The notes beneath the pieces are model-generated. The model was given only the letters and a program-made list of their open reading frames with translations, searched no databases and had not been told where the DNA came from. From the sequence record SRR31156797_4650: DNA of 64,000 nt; one strand, 5' to 3'. The position numbers were made by a program, and so were the translations under genes. Within the stretch, counting starts at the first letter, position 1, and each line of letters opens with the position of its first letter. Below are positions 20,185-29,300 of this stretch, piece after piece.

Positions 20185-22122
20185 ATGAAAGTGACCTTCC
20201 TGCATCGTATTCATTTGTTGCTCTTTATTGTCCTCGCAGCATCTCCTGCCCTTGCAGGAGAACCCTTGCGCATAAGTATTTTCCCTTTCTCGCCGCCGTT
20301 CTCATTTTATGCTGTTCAAGACGGCAATAAACACTTGCAGGGATACACGATCGACGAATGTTTAGCCGTAGGAAAAGAGCTTAAGCGAGACATTGAATTC
20401 ATTACGGTAGGCGCCATCGACAGACAGGTCGGAATTCTCAAGAAAGGCGACATTGCACTCATTGCTCATGATTCCGCTTCCTACGCAAAAACACATGGGC
20501 TAATTTTTCTCCCTGTGGGTGTCAGTCTACAACATCACTTGTACATCCATGAAACCTGCACGCCTTGTATTGACCTGCACAACCCTGAAACTTTTCGAGA
20601 CAAACGCGTCGTCACGGTTAAGGGTGCACCCTACGTCATGGACATTTCAATGGTGCCCAACATCATTGAAGCTCCTTCGGCCCTCGAAGCCCTGAACCTC
20701 CTCAATCAGGGGATTGCTGATATTTATATAGCCCCCTCCGAACGGGTGGCGGACTATCTCATCACAGCCAATGACTTTGATGCAATCCTTAAAGACGGTG
20801 ACTTTATCGGAGAAGCTCCATTAGGATTCGTCGTCAACCCCGAAGACACGGAACTTATGAAGCGACTCAAAACCGCTATCAAAACGCTAGAAAGACAAGG
20901 CACCCTCGCCAGCATCCGAGATAAATGGTTCGACCAGCCACATGAGTTCTCACTCTCAAAATACTCCAGACAGATCGCCCTGACCGCATTGGGTATAGCG
21001 GCCCTGTTTGTCATGTTCGGCGTGTGGAATCTTTCCCTGAAGCGACGGGTAGCTCAAGTGGCGCGAGACTTGCGCCAGACTGAACAACGATATCGAGATC
21101 TCATCGAGTCATCACCCGATATGATTTTTTTGGTGACTGAGGACGGCGAAATCCTCCACGCCAATGAACGAGCATGCACCAATCTCCGCTTGAAGACACC
21201 GTTTAAAGGATTAAATCTGCAGAAGCTGATCGCACCGGAAGACAAAGAAGAAGTCGCCCCCTTTCTGGACAAGGTGTTCAACGACGGATGCGATAAATTC
21301 GAATTCAGGATGGACGAAAAAACCGGGCAGGACATGGAGGTCGAAATCGCAGGCCGAATCCTGCAAGGCCCCATTCAACCGGGACTGCTAGCCTGTCTGT
21401 TTGCACGTAATGTCACGGACAGAAATCGCATGGAAGAAGAACTCATCCAATCAGAACGACTCGGCATCATAGGCAAAATGGCCGCTGGCGTTGCCCATGA
21501 GATCAATAACCCGCTGGGAATCATCCAGTTCAACGCCGAAGATCTGCTCTATGCTGAAGAAATGAGCACCGAGGCCAAAGAAGGACTGACAGCCATCTCC
21601 CGCAATGCGGCCAGAGCCGCGGATACAATCACTCACATGTTGGACTTGGCCTCCCCAAAACCAATGGTGAACGACATTTTTCATCTTGAAGATGCGGTCA
21701 AGGATAGTCTGGCTCTGTTGGGACCCAAGATCAAAAAAACAGCACTCACACTGGATATTCAAAACGAACCACTAAGCATGCGAGGAGACTCCCGCGCTAT
21801 CCAACAAGTACTGGTCAACCTCCTTCTCAATGCCCTGAGCAGTATGCAAGGTAAGGGAAGCATTTCCATTTTCGGAGACAGGTCCCACGAAAGCATCCGC
21901 CTTGTTATCGAAGACAAAGGGAAAGGCATTGCGCGAAAAGATCTCCCTCATATTTTCGATCCATTCTTTACATCAAGAAAAAATGGATTCGGGCTGGGAC
22001 TATTTATCACTCGCCGCATAGTGGAACGCCATGAAGGCATCATTTTTGCTGAGTCCGAACCAGATGAAGGAACGCGAATGATTTTGGAATTTCCCCTGCA
22101 CGAAGATGAAGAGAGCGCATAA
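20185..22122 (+). CDS. Sensor kinase: periplasmic substrate-binding (PBP2) domain, TM, PAS, HK
   Basis: Signal peptide, PPFSF...GYTID...IRDKWF PBP pattern, RYRDLIESSPD PAS start, [16 protein letters not shown]. Confidence 0.9.
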   Translation: MKVTFLHRIHLLLFIVLAASPALAGEPLRISIFPFSPPFSFYAVQDGNKHLQGYTIDECLAVGKELKRDIEFITVGAIDRQVGILKKGDIALIAHDSASYAKTHGLIFLPVGVSLQHHLYIHETCTPCIDLHNPETFRDKRVVTVKGAPYVMDISMVPNIIEAPSALEALNLLNQGIADIYIAPSERVADYLITANDFDAILKDGDFIGEAPLGFVVNPEDTELMKRLKTAIKTLERQGTLASIRDKWFDQPHEFSLSKYSRQIALTALGIAALFVMFGVWNLSLKRRVAQVARDLRQTEQRYRDLIESSPDMIFLVTEDGEILHANERACTNLRLKTPFKGLNLQKLIAPEDKEEVAPFLDKVFNDGCDKFEFRMDEKTGQDMEVEIAGRILQGPIQPGLLACLFARNVTDRNRMEEELIQSERLGIIGKMAAGVAHEINNPLGIIQFNAEDLLYAEEMSTEAKEGLTAISRNAARAADTITHMLDLASPKPMVNDIFHLEDAVKDSLALLGPKIKKTALTLDIQNEPLSMRGDSRAIQQVLVNLLLNALSSMQGKGSISIFGDRSHESIRLVIEDKGKGIARKDLPHIFDPFFTSRKNGFGLGLFITRRIVERHEGIIFAESEPDEGTRMILEFPLHEDEESA

Positions 22123-23474
22123 TGCCCGACAAGATACTATTGGTCGATGATGAGCTGGACCTCCTGTCTACTGTTTCACGAGCCTTGAAACGGCAAGGAT
22201 ACACTGTCCACACAGCCATATCAGGTGCGGAAGCTCTAGAGGCCCTATCAGAAACCATATATGACCTCGTCATCAGTGACCTCGCCATGGAGCCCATTGA
22301 CGGCATGGAGTTACTCAAACGAATCCGCTCCATTGATACCCTCTTGCCTGTAATAATGATGACCGGCGTCGGGACCATCGAGACCGCTGTGGAATCCATC
22401 AAACTCGGTGCCTATCATTATATCACCAAACCATTCACTCCACAGGATTTGCTGCTCCTCGTCCACCGGGCCATCGAGCATGGACAACTCAATCGCAAGC
22501 TCGAATCCATTCAGGCTCGTGACGACAATAAAGAAAGTGATTCCATGGTCATCGGCAACAACGCCATGATCCAGCAAATGATGACAACCATGGACAAAGT
22601 GTCTGAATCGGATGCTCCCATTCTCATTCAGGGGGAAACCGGCACTGGTAAGTCCCTATTTGCCAAGCGCATTCACACGATCAGTTCACGATCGAACAAA
22701 CCTTTTTTCACCATTGATTGTGGCGCACTCACCGAAACCTTGCTGGAAAGTGAACTCTTCGGCCACGTTAAAGGAGCATTCACTGGGGCTACACGCGCCA
22801 AGCGCGGCCTGCTTGAAGAAGCGCAGGGGGGCACGATTTTTCTGGACGAAATCGGCGATTTATCGCCCTCAACGCAGGTAAAACTCCTTCGGGCCATTCA
22901 GGAAAAAGAAATCAAGCCTGTGGGCAGCAATACATCAAGCCTCATTGATGTCCGATTTCTCGCCGCCACCAGTCGCGACCTTGAATCAGGGGTGGAGACC
23001 GGCGAATTCCGCAAGGACCTCTATTACCGCCTTGCAGTCATTCCCGTTCGTCTGCCGCCATTGCGTGAACGTCAGGATGACATCGTCCTGTTCGTCGATT
23101 TCTTTGTGCGCAAATTCAACAAGCGCTATAACAAAGCCGTGACAGCCATTGACCCCAGTGCCATGCAGGTCATTCTCGATTCTCCATGGCCGGGAAATAT
23201 CCGAGAACTGGAAAATGTCATTGAACGCGCCGTCCTTCTCGCAAATGGTGAAACCATTGCCCTAAACAGCCTCAACACCTGCCCACAGTCCTTTGCTACA
23301 ATGCAAACTCATGATGCCCCTCTCCCACTCAAAACAGCGGTCTCGAAAGCTGAAGCAACCGCTATTCGCACAGCCTTGAAAGCGACCAATGGCAACAGGT
23401 CAAAAGCAGCGCAAATTTTGGGCATCGGCAGAACGACCCTGTATGAAAAGATTGATACTTATCGCATAGACTGA
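22122..23474 (+). CDS. NtrC-family sigma54 response regulator
   Basis: Receiver, [23 protein letters not shown] and Fis-type HTH ([20 protein letters not shown]); start overlaps the kinase stop. Confidence 0.95.
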   Translation: MPDKILLVDDELDLLSTVSRALKRQGYTVHTAISGAEALEALSETIYDLVISDLAMEPIDGMELLKRIRSIDTLLPVIMMTGVGTIETAVESIKLGAYHYITKPFTPQDLLLLVHRAIEHGQLNRKLESIQARDDNKESDSMVIGNNAMIQQMMTTMDKVSESDAPILIQGETGTGKSLFAKRIHTISSRSNKPFFTIDCGALTETLLESELFGHVKGAFTGATRAKRGLLEEAQGGTIFLDEIGDLSPSTQVKLLRAIQEKEIKPVGSNTSSLIDVRFLAATSRDLESGVETGEFRKDLYYRLAVIPVRLPPLRERQDDIVLFVDFFVRKFNKRYNKAVTAIDPSAMQVILDSPWPGNIRELENVIERAVLLANGETIALNSLNTCPQSFATMQTHDAPLPLKTAVSKAEATAIRTALKATNGNRSKAAQILGIGRTTLYEKIDTYRID

Positions 23475-23505
23475 CGATTCGAATCACCACCAAGACAGCC
23501 GAAAA

Positions 23506-23538
23506 GGGGCGCCCAACACCCGATGTGTTGAACGCCCC
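23506..23538. terminator. Hairpin between convergent genes, probable intrinsic terminator
   Basis: GGGGCG..CAACAC/GTGTTG..CGCCCC stem with an A-run on the left (U-tract for the minus strand). Confidence 0.6.
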
Positions 23539-23563
23539 ATATCTATTGAGGAGGTAAAACTCT

Positions 23564-25087
23564 TTAGTAAACCGGCATGGTGTTAGGACCATCGTCGGTA
23601 TCAACTTCGACCTCTTCTCCCTCATCAGTCATGGAAACATTGGAGAGAAGACCGCCGCCGGTCATTTCTCCGACTCTGGGCTTTTGTCCCTTGACATTCG
23701 GAAGCTGAAAACTGTTGTTTTCCGGGGGCACAACAGCCACTTCTTCAGCATGCTTGCCCTGCGGTGCCCACTCGTAGGGGACACGATAGGCGCGGTATAC
23801 GTAATTCGTACCGGGGATGTTTCCGGGATATGGGGAGATGTATTCCCAGACGACTTCGCCTTCATGAGTCACTTCAATGAAACGACCATTGGACCCTTCA
23901 CAGATCAAGGTGTTGCCGTTGGGCAAACGCTGCGCGGAGCTGATAAAGGGGCTAAACTCTTCATAACCAAAGAGCTTCCAAGGCTTCTTGCGGGACTTGA
24001 TGGAATATTCCCACACGACTTCCTTGGTCACAGGATCGATTTCCAATACGCGGGAGTAGAAACGATGGATTGTTGCCAGTCCGTTGGGAGACATGGAGTT
24101 GGGTGCGCCGTAGCCAGCCTGACCACCGTTGTCATAGACCATCACGTTGCTGCCACCCGGCAAACCATTGGGAATCATATGTGTATGGTGGGGTCCAAGA
24201 ATCTGACCAATCTTTGCTTCTGCACCCTGAGTATAGTCCGGGCCGAGACGCCAGACGACCTTGCCGGTCTCGTGGCTGATAATACACAGGATATTGGCTT
24301 CACGAGAGTCAAAAATGATGTTGTCAGGATGAAAACGCTTGTCGCCTGCATCGTACCATTTGTTGGGTCCGAGGTAGGATGCGCAGTTCTGATGCCACCA
24401 GTCAAAGCCGTTCTTTTCGGCACCGGCCTTGGGGCTCCAGCCCTTGATGGCCTTGATGGCGTCTTTATCAAAACCATATTCCTTGAAATGCTCAGAAGCG
24501 ACCCATTCCCAAATGACCTTACCGTTTGCATCCACTTCGTACACGGTGTCGTCCATCAGCACATGGTCGCTGACATCCTTGTTCACGTGCCACTTATGCC
24601 CCAGAATCAAGGTCTTGCCCTTCATCTTGTAGTCATGGCCCGGCACATAATAAACAGGGTTACCGGCATGTTGCAGGTCATGATGCTGTGTGGAAATCCA
24701 CATATCGCCTGCAGCGGGATTTTTGGGGTCTTTGACGACCTTGGCATACTTGCCGAATTCCCAGACTGTCTTGCCATTCCAGTCGAGCTGCTTCACGGTT
24801 ATGGCATCATCAATGTACCCCTTCCAACGTTCACCGGTGGAAAGAATCTGGCCGCCGGGCAACATCTTTGCGGGAAATCCGTTCACCCCTTCCCATTCAT
24901 TGACGAGATTACCATTCATATCCACAAGGCGGGCTTTACCACCTGCAATCAGCGTGTAGCCATTAAACGTCTTGTCCGGGGAATACTTTACCGTACCAGT
25001 CGGAAACACCGAGGTGGTAGCATAGGCTGCTGTAGCGACAAGAACCATCGCAAAAGCCAGCAAGGCCTGTCGTGTTACTCTTTTCAT
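23564..25087 (-). CDS. Periplasmic aryl-sulfate sulfotransferase (ASST) paralogue 1
   Basis: Sec-pathway signal peptide; beta-propeller repeats (G.V.WE[FWY]); QHHD, DWWHQN, DSRE and GPHH match the catalytic His/His-Asn/Arg/His pattern; SSAQRLPNGNTLI, YRAYR. Confidence 0.88.
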   Translation of the reverse strand: MKRVTRQALLAFAMVLVATAAYATTSVFPTGTVKYSPDKTFNGYTLIAGGKARLVDMNGNLVNEWEGVNGFPAKMLPGGQILSTGERWKGYIDDAITVKQLDWNGKTVWEFGKYAKVVKDPKNPAAGDMWISTQHHDLQHAGNPVYYVPGHDYKMKGKTLILGHKWHVNKDVSDHVLMDDTVYEVDANGKVIWEWVASEHFKEYGFDKDAIKAIKGWSPKAGAEKNGFDWWHQNCASYLGPNKWYDAGDKRFHPDNIIFDSREANILCIISHETGKVVWRLGPDYTQGAEAKIGQILGPHHTHMIPNGLPGGSNVMVYDNGGQAGYGAPNSMSPNGLATIHRFYSRVLEIDPVTKEVVWEYSIKSRKKPWKLFGYEEFSPFISSAQRLPNGNTLICEGSNGRFIEVTHEGEVVWEYISPYPGNIPGTNYVYRAYRVPYEWAPQGKHAEEVAVVPPENNSFQLPNVKGQKPRVGEMTGGGLLSNVSMTDEGEEVEVDTDDGPNTMPVY

Positions 25088-25168
25088 TCAATCACTCCAT
25101 TCTGCTATGAGTCATCCGATTATTAAAGCAATCCGAATGGATCGCTCTCCTCTTCTTCTGACCAACAT

Positions 25169-25184
25169 TTCAAGGAGCGTTCCA
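25169..25184 (-). promoter_or_regulatory. Sigma54-like promoter of ASST1
   Basis: Minus strand TGGAACGCTCCTTGAA; correct GG-N10-G spacing, variant -12. Confidence 0.55.
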
Positions 25185-25332
25185 AACATGACTTCATGGA
25201 ACAACAAGGTGATACAAAATTCACATTCAACTTAAAGCCTTAAATTACAAGCTAATAGAACTTCTCAAGCTTGTTATCAATCGCTCAGATTTCCACCCAA
25301 GACAACATGGTGTTATTTTCGTCACAGCTGGT

Positions 25333-25370
25333 TGTCCGGCTGACCGAACACTTGTGCGCGGCATCGGACG
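25333..25370. promoter_or_regulatory. Enhancer-like sites upstream of ASST1
   Basis: TGTCCGGCTGACCGAACA and TGTGCGCGGCATCGGACG, degenerate TGTGC-N8-GCACA. Confidence 0.5.
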
Positions 25371-25409
25371 AAACGACTGAACGCACTGTTGTCTCAACCT
25401 ACAAGACAC

Positions 25410-25444
25410 AAAAAGGGCTCCAAGCTATTCGCTTGAAGCCCTTT
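25410..25444 (-). terminator. Intrinsic terminator after the ASST2-HhH operon
   Basis: AAAGGGCT.CAAGC/GCTTG.AGCCCTTT stem with an A-run on the left. Confidence 0.65.
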
Positions 25445-25472
25445 GCCTTTTCTCGCTAACAGGAGAAATCTT

Positions 25473-25802
25473 CTAACACTTGGATGGAGCCAATGCAGGC
25501 TCTGCATCCGGGTCAAAAACCACGTCGCCGTCGTCTGTAACCTGCGGATTCAATTCTTCCAGAAAGTCCTGGGTCATGCCGGGAACCTTGACCATATCGT
25601 CAGCTTTTTTGAACGGTCCGTTGACTGTACGGTATTCAACAATGGCCTTGGCAATGTCCTCGGGGACATCCACATCTTCGATGGCCATAAGCTCTTCCAC
25701 GCTGGCCTTATTGAAGCTGACGATGTCATCCTGAGCAAAAGCTGCTGTGGCAAACAACATGCACAGTGCGGCCACACAGATGGTTATGATAAATTTGTTC
25801 AT
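25473..25802 (-). CDS. Exported acidic ComEA-like helix-hairpin-helix protein with C-terminal Cys
   Basis: Signal peptide; VSFNKASVEEL...AKAIVEYRTVNGPFKKADDMVKVPGM HhH pattern; ends PALAPSKC. Confidence 0.8.
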   Translation of the reverse strand: MNKFIITICVAALCMLFATAAFAQDDIVSFNKASVEELMAIEDVDVPEDIAKAIVEYRTVNGPFKKADDMVKVPGMTQDFLEELNPQVTDDGDVVFDPDAEPALAPSKC

Positions 25803-25829
25803 ACTATTTCCTTATACTTTTTATAAAGC

Positions 25830-25864
25830 GGACAGGGCGACGCGGAGGGGGCATCGCCCTGTCC
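25830..25864. other. GC-rich intercistronic hairpin
   Basis: GGACAGGGCGA/TCGCCCTGTCC 11-bp inverted repeat between ASST2 and the HhH gene. Confidence 0.6.
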
Positions 25865-25881
25865 AGAGAGAGGTTCTGTTA

Positions 25882-27321
25882 TTAATCAGCCTTGATACGG
25901 AATGTGGTGTTTTCCGGCGGAGTGACGGCCTTCTCCTTGGGCTGCTTCAACTGGGGAACATAGTCATACGGTACACGCATGGCGCGATAAACCAGATTGT
26001 AATTACCCTTTTTGGTGTAATACGGGCTGATGTATTCCCAAACGATTTCGTGATCTGGGGTCACTTCCTGGAACTGACCGACTGCGCCGTTAGTAATCAT
26101 CGTGTTACCATTGGGCAAACGCTGTGCAGAGGACACGTAATCGGAGTAGAACTGGTACTTGTTACGCATACCCATCTGCTTGGCGGAATGTTCCCACACG
26201 ATTTTCAGAGTACGAGGATCGAACTCGATAACGCGGGAATAATCACGACGAGCATTTGACCAGCCATAAGGTGCACCGGGGTTGCGCGGGCCATAACCAG
26301 CATAACCGCCATTGTCGTAAACCATGATATTGCCTTCACCCGGCAGCCCCTTGGGGATCATGTGGGTGTGGTGCTGACCGATGATCTGGCCGAGCTTCTT
26401 GTAGGCCTTCTTGTACTTCTTGCCGTTGAATTCCCAGACGGAATCCTTGTAGTAATAGGGACCAATCTGCCAAACGAGCTTGCCCGTCTTCTTGTCGATG
26501 ATGCAGGACGTGTTGGTCTGCCGGTTGGAAATAATGATATTATCCGGGTTGAACATGGAATATGTCTTCGGATCTTCATCGTACCACTTGTTGGGGCCGA
26601 GATAAGAAGCCGCATTGACATGAATCCAGTCGCCACCCTTCTTGCCCGGAGTACGAGTCATGGAGAAAGTGGGGTACTTACGCAGAGTCTTCTTGAATTC
26701 CGGGGGGAAATTCATTTCGTCAAAATGGTCAGAAGCGAGCCATTCCCAAATGATCTTGCCGTTCTTGTCCACTTCCACGATGTAATCATCGTACAACTCT
26801 TTTTTAGTGATCTTATCGTTGTGTACGAACTTGTGAGACAGAATCAACATCTTGCCCTTGCGGTTGTCTACAGGCATGCCGGGAGCGTGGTAGCCAACAG
26901 GGTTGCCTTCGAACTGGTAATCATGGTGCATACCTGCACGGGGAATCTTGCGAACGACCTTTTCGTTCCAGTCAACAACCACAAGGTCAGTCGAAGACTC
27001 GTCGCCCCAGGCCCGGCCCTTTTTCTCAGGCGAAGGACGCTTGGCACCAGCCAGATAACCACCCTTCAACAATTTGGGCGGATGCTCGGCCTGACAAATG
27101 TCCTTCCATTGCTTTACCACGTTACCATTCATGTCGATGAGCACGGTGCCTTCGGATTCAACCTCGGTACCGAACACGGTAAAGCCGTTCCAGCACTTCG
27201 AAGGCTTATAAATGGTCGTTCCATGAGGAAATACGGTGGGAAAGCTCATGGCCTCCATGGGATTGACCAACGCGGTGGCGGCAAGGGCTGCGCACCCGGT
27301 CAAAAACTGACGTCTTTTCAT
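25882..27321 (-). CDS. Tat-exported aryl-sulfate sulfotransferase paralogue 2
   Basis: Twin-arginine signal MKRRQFL; MHHD, DWIHVN, SNRQ, GQHH; SSAQRLPNGNTMI. Confidence 0.88.
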   Translation of the reverse strand: MKRRQFLTGCAALAATALVNPMEAMSFPTVFPHGTTIYKPSKCWNGFTVFGTEVESEGTVLIDMNGNVVKQWKDICQAEHPPKLLKGGYLAGAKRPSPEKKGRAWGDESSTDLVVVDWNEKVVRKIPRAGMHHDYQFEGNPVGYHAPGMPVDNRKGKMLILSHKFVHNDKITKKELYDDYIVEVDKNGKIIWEWLASDHFDEMNFPPEFKKTLRKYPTFSMTRTPGKKGGDWIHVNAASYLGPNKWYDEDPKTYSMFNPDNIIISNRQTNTSCIIDKKTGKLVWQIGPYYYKDSVWEFNGKKYKKAYKKLGQIIGQHHTHMIPKGLPGEGNIMVYDNGGYAGYGPRNPGAPYGWSNARRDYSRVIEFDPRTLKIVWEHSAKQMGMRNKYQFYSDYVSSAQRLPNGNTMITNGAVGQFQEVTPDHEIVWEYISPYYTKKGNYNLVYRAMRVPYDYVPQLKQPKEKAVTPPENTTFRIKAD

Positions 27322-27393
27322 GTCCTCTCCTTAAAGTTCACTTCCAAGGCATTGACTGCCACGGATAAGATTATGCAATTTCACTTCACATAA

Positions 27394-27409
27394 AGCACAG
27401 ACCGTGCCG
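27394..27409 (-). promoter_or_regulatory. Sigma54 promoter of ASST2
   Basis: Minus strand CGGCACGGTCTGTGCT (GG-N10-GC). Confidence 0.7.
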
Positions 27410-27462
27410 AAAAGAATACTCACAGTATTTTAGATAGATAGACCACAAAGCAACATCTTTTA

Positions 27463-27511
27463 AGTGCGTCATCATGCACACTCGCCCGAACAGTGTACGG
27501 ACCGACGCACA
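27463..27511. promoter_or_regulatory. Paired enhancer-like sites upstream of ASST2
   Basis: AGTGCGTCATCATGCACA (27463-27480) and TGTACGGACCGACGCACA (27494-27511), offset 31 bp. Confidence 0.65.
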
Positions 27512-27530
27512 CCCTGAATTTCAAAGGGAA

Positions 27531-27560
27531 GGCCCCCTGCACACGGATGTGCAGGGGGCC
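27531..27560 (-). terminator. Terminator after ASST3
   Basis: GGCCCCCTGCACA/TGTGCAGGGGGCC perfect 13-bp stem, 25 nt after the stop. Confidence 0.7.
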
Positions 27561-27585
27561 TGTTATGATCTATGGTTAAACAGGC

Positions 27586-29067
27586 CTAGTAGGCGTGCAT
27601 GGCAGGGCCATCCTCTTCTTCTGTGTCATCGGCCTCTTCGGCGAATCCATCGCTTATTCCACCATCAAGAGTTGCACCACGCTTATAGACTTTGTAGAAA
27701 CGCGGGCAGTCATCACCACAAACATATCCCTGCGGAGTCATGTCTTTACCCTTAAAGGCGGGATAATCCTTTCCATAACGGTAGGCACGATGGATATAAT
27801 TATTTGCAATGTCGTACGGGGTCATACCCTTCTTGGCCGCATACTTTTTCCCTTCATCAAAAACGCACTGCGCCTCATCACCGAATATGGGGTTCACAAA
27901 CTCCCAAACGACCTTGGGATTCTTGCCACCAGTCACCTCTATCAGATGTCCTTGGCCGGTCGAAGTAATGAATGTATTACCATTCTCCAGACGCTGAGCA
28001 CCACCTTGGTACATCGAATAGAAACTATTAGTCAGCTTACTCGCATATTCCCATACGACTTTGCCTGTCTTAGGATTCATTTCCACTGCACGAGAACGGT
28101 TCCCTTCGGGACGATACCAACCGTTATCAAAAATCAGGAAATTTCCATTTTTCAGCCAAGTAACATGGTGATTACCAAACAATTGCTGGTCGCCATTATC
28201 GATAAAGGCAGGGGCCTTTCCGGCATCATGTGTACTCGGATTACCCCATCGGTATTCGATTTTTCCAGTCTTACGATCAATTACGTAAAATTCACCAAAG
28301 TTACGAGAATTCAGGACGATTTTTTTACCGTCTGGAGATACATCAACGGAGTTGCAATGCGTCCAATCAACGACATCCATTAATTCGACGATGTTACGGT
28401 CACCTCGGAGATACCAATTGATATCGATTTTATCTGGTCCGGTTCCAATGTGATCCCAGACATGCCATTCCCAAACAACCTTGCCATTCTTATCAACCTC
28501 TTGGACATAATCAGCCCAAGTATACTTGAATTGCATTCCCCACAGTTTCAAGCCACCCTTGGGCATGGCTTTGGGATCACGACCCTTTGCAATGGCTTCT
28601 TCGTTTGTTTTTCTTTCCCAACACAATACAAGTGTATTGCCATTTGGAAGCCTGCGAAAAGAATGATGCTGAAGAGAAGTGTCACTAAAATTCTTATACT
28701 TCCATACGAGTTTGCCATCCCAGTCAAACTCTTCCAAAAGTCCACCCTCACCACCAAACCCGACGGTGGCGGGCTTATCCAAGTGGCTAGCTCGAAGCAA
28801 ATGCCCATTGGGAAGCAGTTGAGAATGGGCACCGGGTTTATGAGCATGTTTCCATGTATGTACAACATTACCTTCCATATCGATCAAATAAGTTGCCTTT
28901 CCCATACCCGGATCGAACAATGTATACCCATCAAAAGCTTTGCTCTTGTTGTATTTCAAAACCCCGGTCGGTCCGGTCAATGCTTCATAAGCCTGTGCTG
29001 GCACAGCCAACACAACTGCCAACAGCGCGGCCAGTGCAAATGTGTAAAAATTGGATTGCTTGCGCAT
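27586..29067 (-). CDS. Periplasmic aryl-sulfate sulfotransferase paralogue 3
   Basis: Signal peptide; QHHS, DWTHCNS, NSRN, GNHH; GAQRLENGNTFI; C-terminal CGDDC and acidic tail. Confidence 0.88.
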   Translation of the reverse strand: MRKQSNFYTFALAALLAVVLAVPAQAYEALTGPTGVLKYNKSKAFDGYTLFDPGMGKATYLIDMEGNVVHTWKHAHKPGAHSQLLPNGHLLRASHLDKPATVGFGGEGGLLEEFDWDGKLVWKYKNFSDTSLQHHSFRRLPNGNTLVLCWERKTNEEAIAKGRDPKAMPKGGLKLWGMQFKYTWADYVQEVDKNGKVVWEWHVWDHIGTGPDKIDINWYLRGDRNIVELMDVVDWTHCNSVDVSPDGKKIVLNSRNFGEFYVIDRKTGKIEYRWGNPSTHDAGKAPAFIDNGDQQLFGNHHVTWLKNGNFLIFDNGWYRPEGNRSRAVEMNPKTGKVVWEYASKLTNSFYSMYQGGAQRLENGNTFITSTGQGHLIEVTGGKNPKVVWEFVNPIFGDEAQCVFDEGKKYAAKKGMTPYDIANNYIHRAYRYGKDYPAFKGKDMTPQGYVCGDDCPRFYKVYKRGATLDGGISDGFAEEADDTEEEDGPAMHAY

Positions 29068-29109
29068 TCGTCCTCCTCAAAATGATTGTTACAATAGATA
29101 CACCTACAT

Positions 29110-29125
29110 TCCAACTTTCGTGCCA
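29110..29125 (-). promoter_or_regulatory. Sigma54 promoter of ASST3
   Basis: Minus strand TGGCACGAAAGTTGGA. Confidence 0.7.
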
Positions 29126-29184
29126 TTATTTTGTTTTTAATTATTCAATATATTCGAATACTTAAAGTCAATTAAAAATACCTT

Positions 29185-29234
29185 CATGCCAAGTTCCGCA
29201 CACCATCCCAGACGACTGTGTTAACGTCCGCACA
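29185..29234. promoter_or_regulatory. Paired enhancer-like sites upstream of ASST3
   Basis: CATGCCAAGTTCCGCACA (29185-29202) and TGTGTTAACGTCCGCACA (29217-29234), offset 32 bp. Confidence 0.65.
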
Positions 29235-29243
29235 GGAGTCCAT

Positions 29244-29270
29244 AAAAAAAGACGACCCCGAAGGGCCGTC
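29244..29270 (-). terminator. Intrinsic terminator after ASST4
   Basis: Minus strand GACGGCCC-TTCG-GGGTCGTC-TTTTTTT: UUCG tetraloop plus U-tract. Confidence 0.85.
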
Positions 29271-29300
29271 CTGTTTGAATTCATATAATATCGTAAGGAC

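Noticed and set aside
23684-25126. 480-aa plus-strand ORF antisense to ASST1
   Set aside because: Codon-register shadow of a well-supported gene; no motifs and no SD; similar shadows occur opposite the other ASSTs
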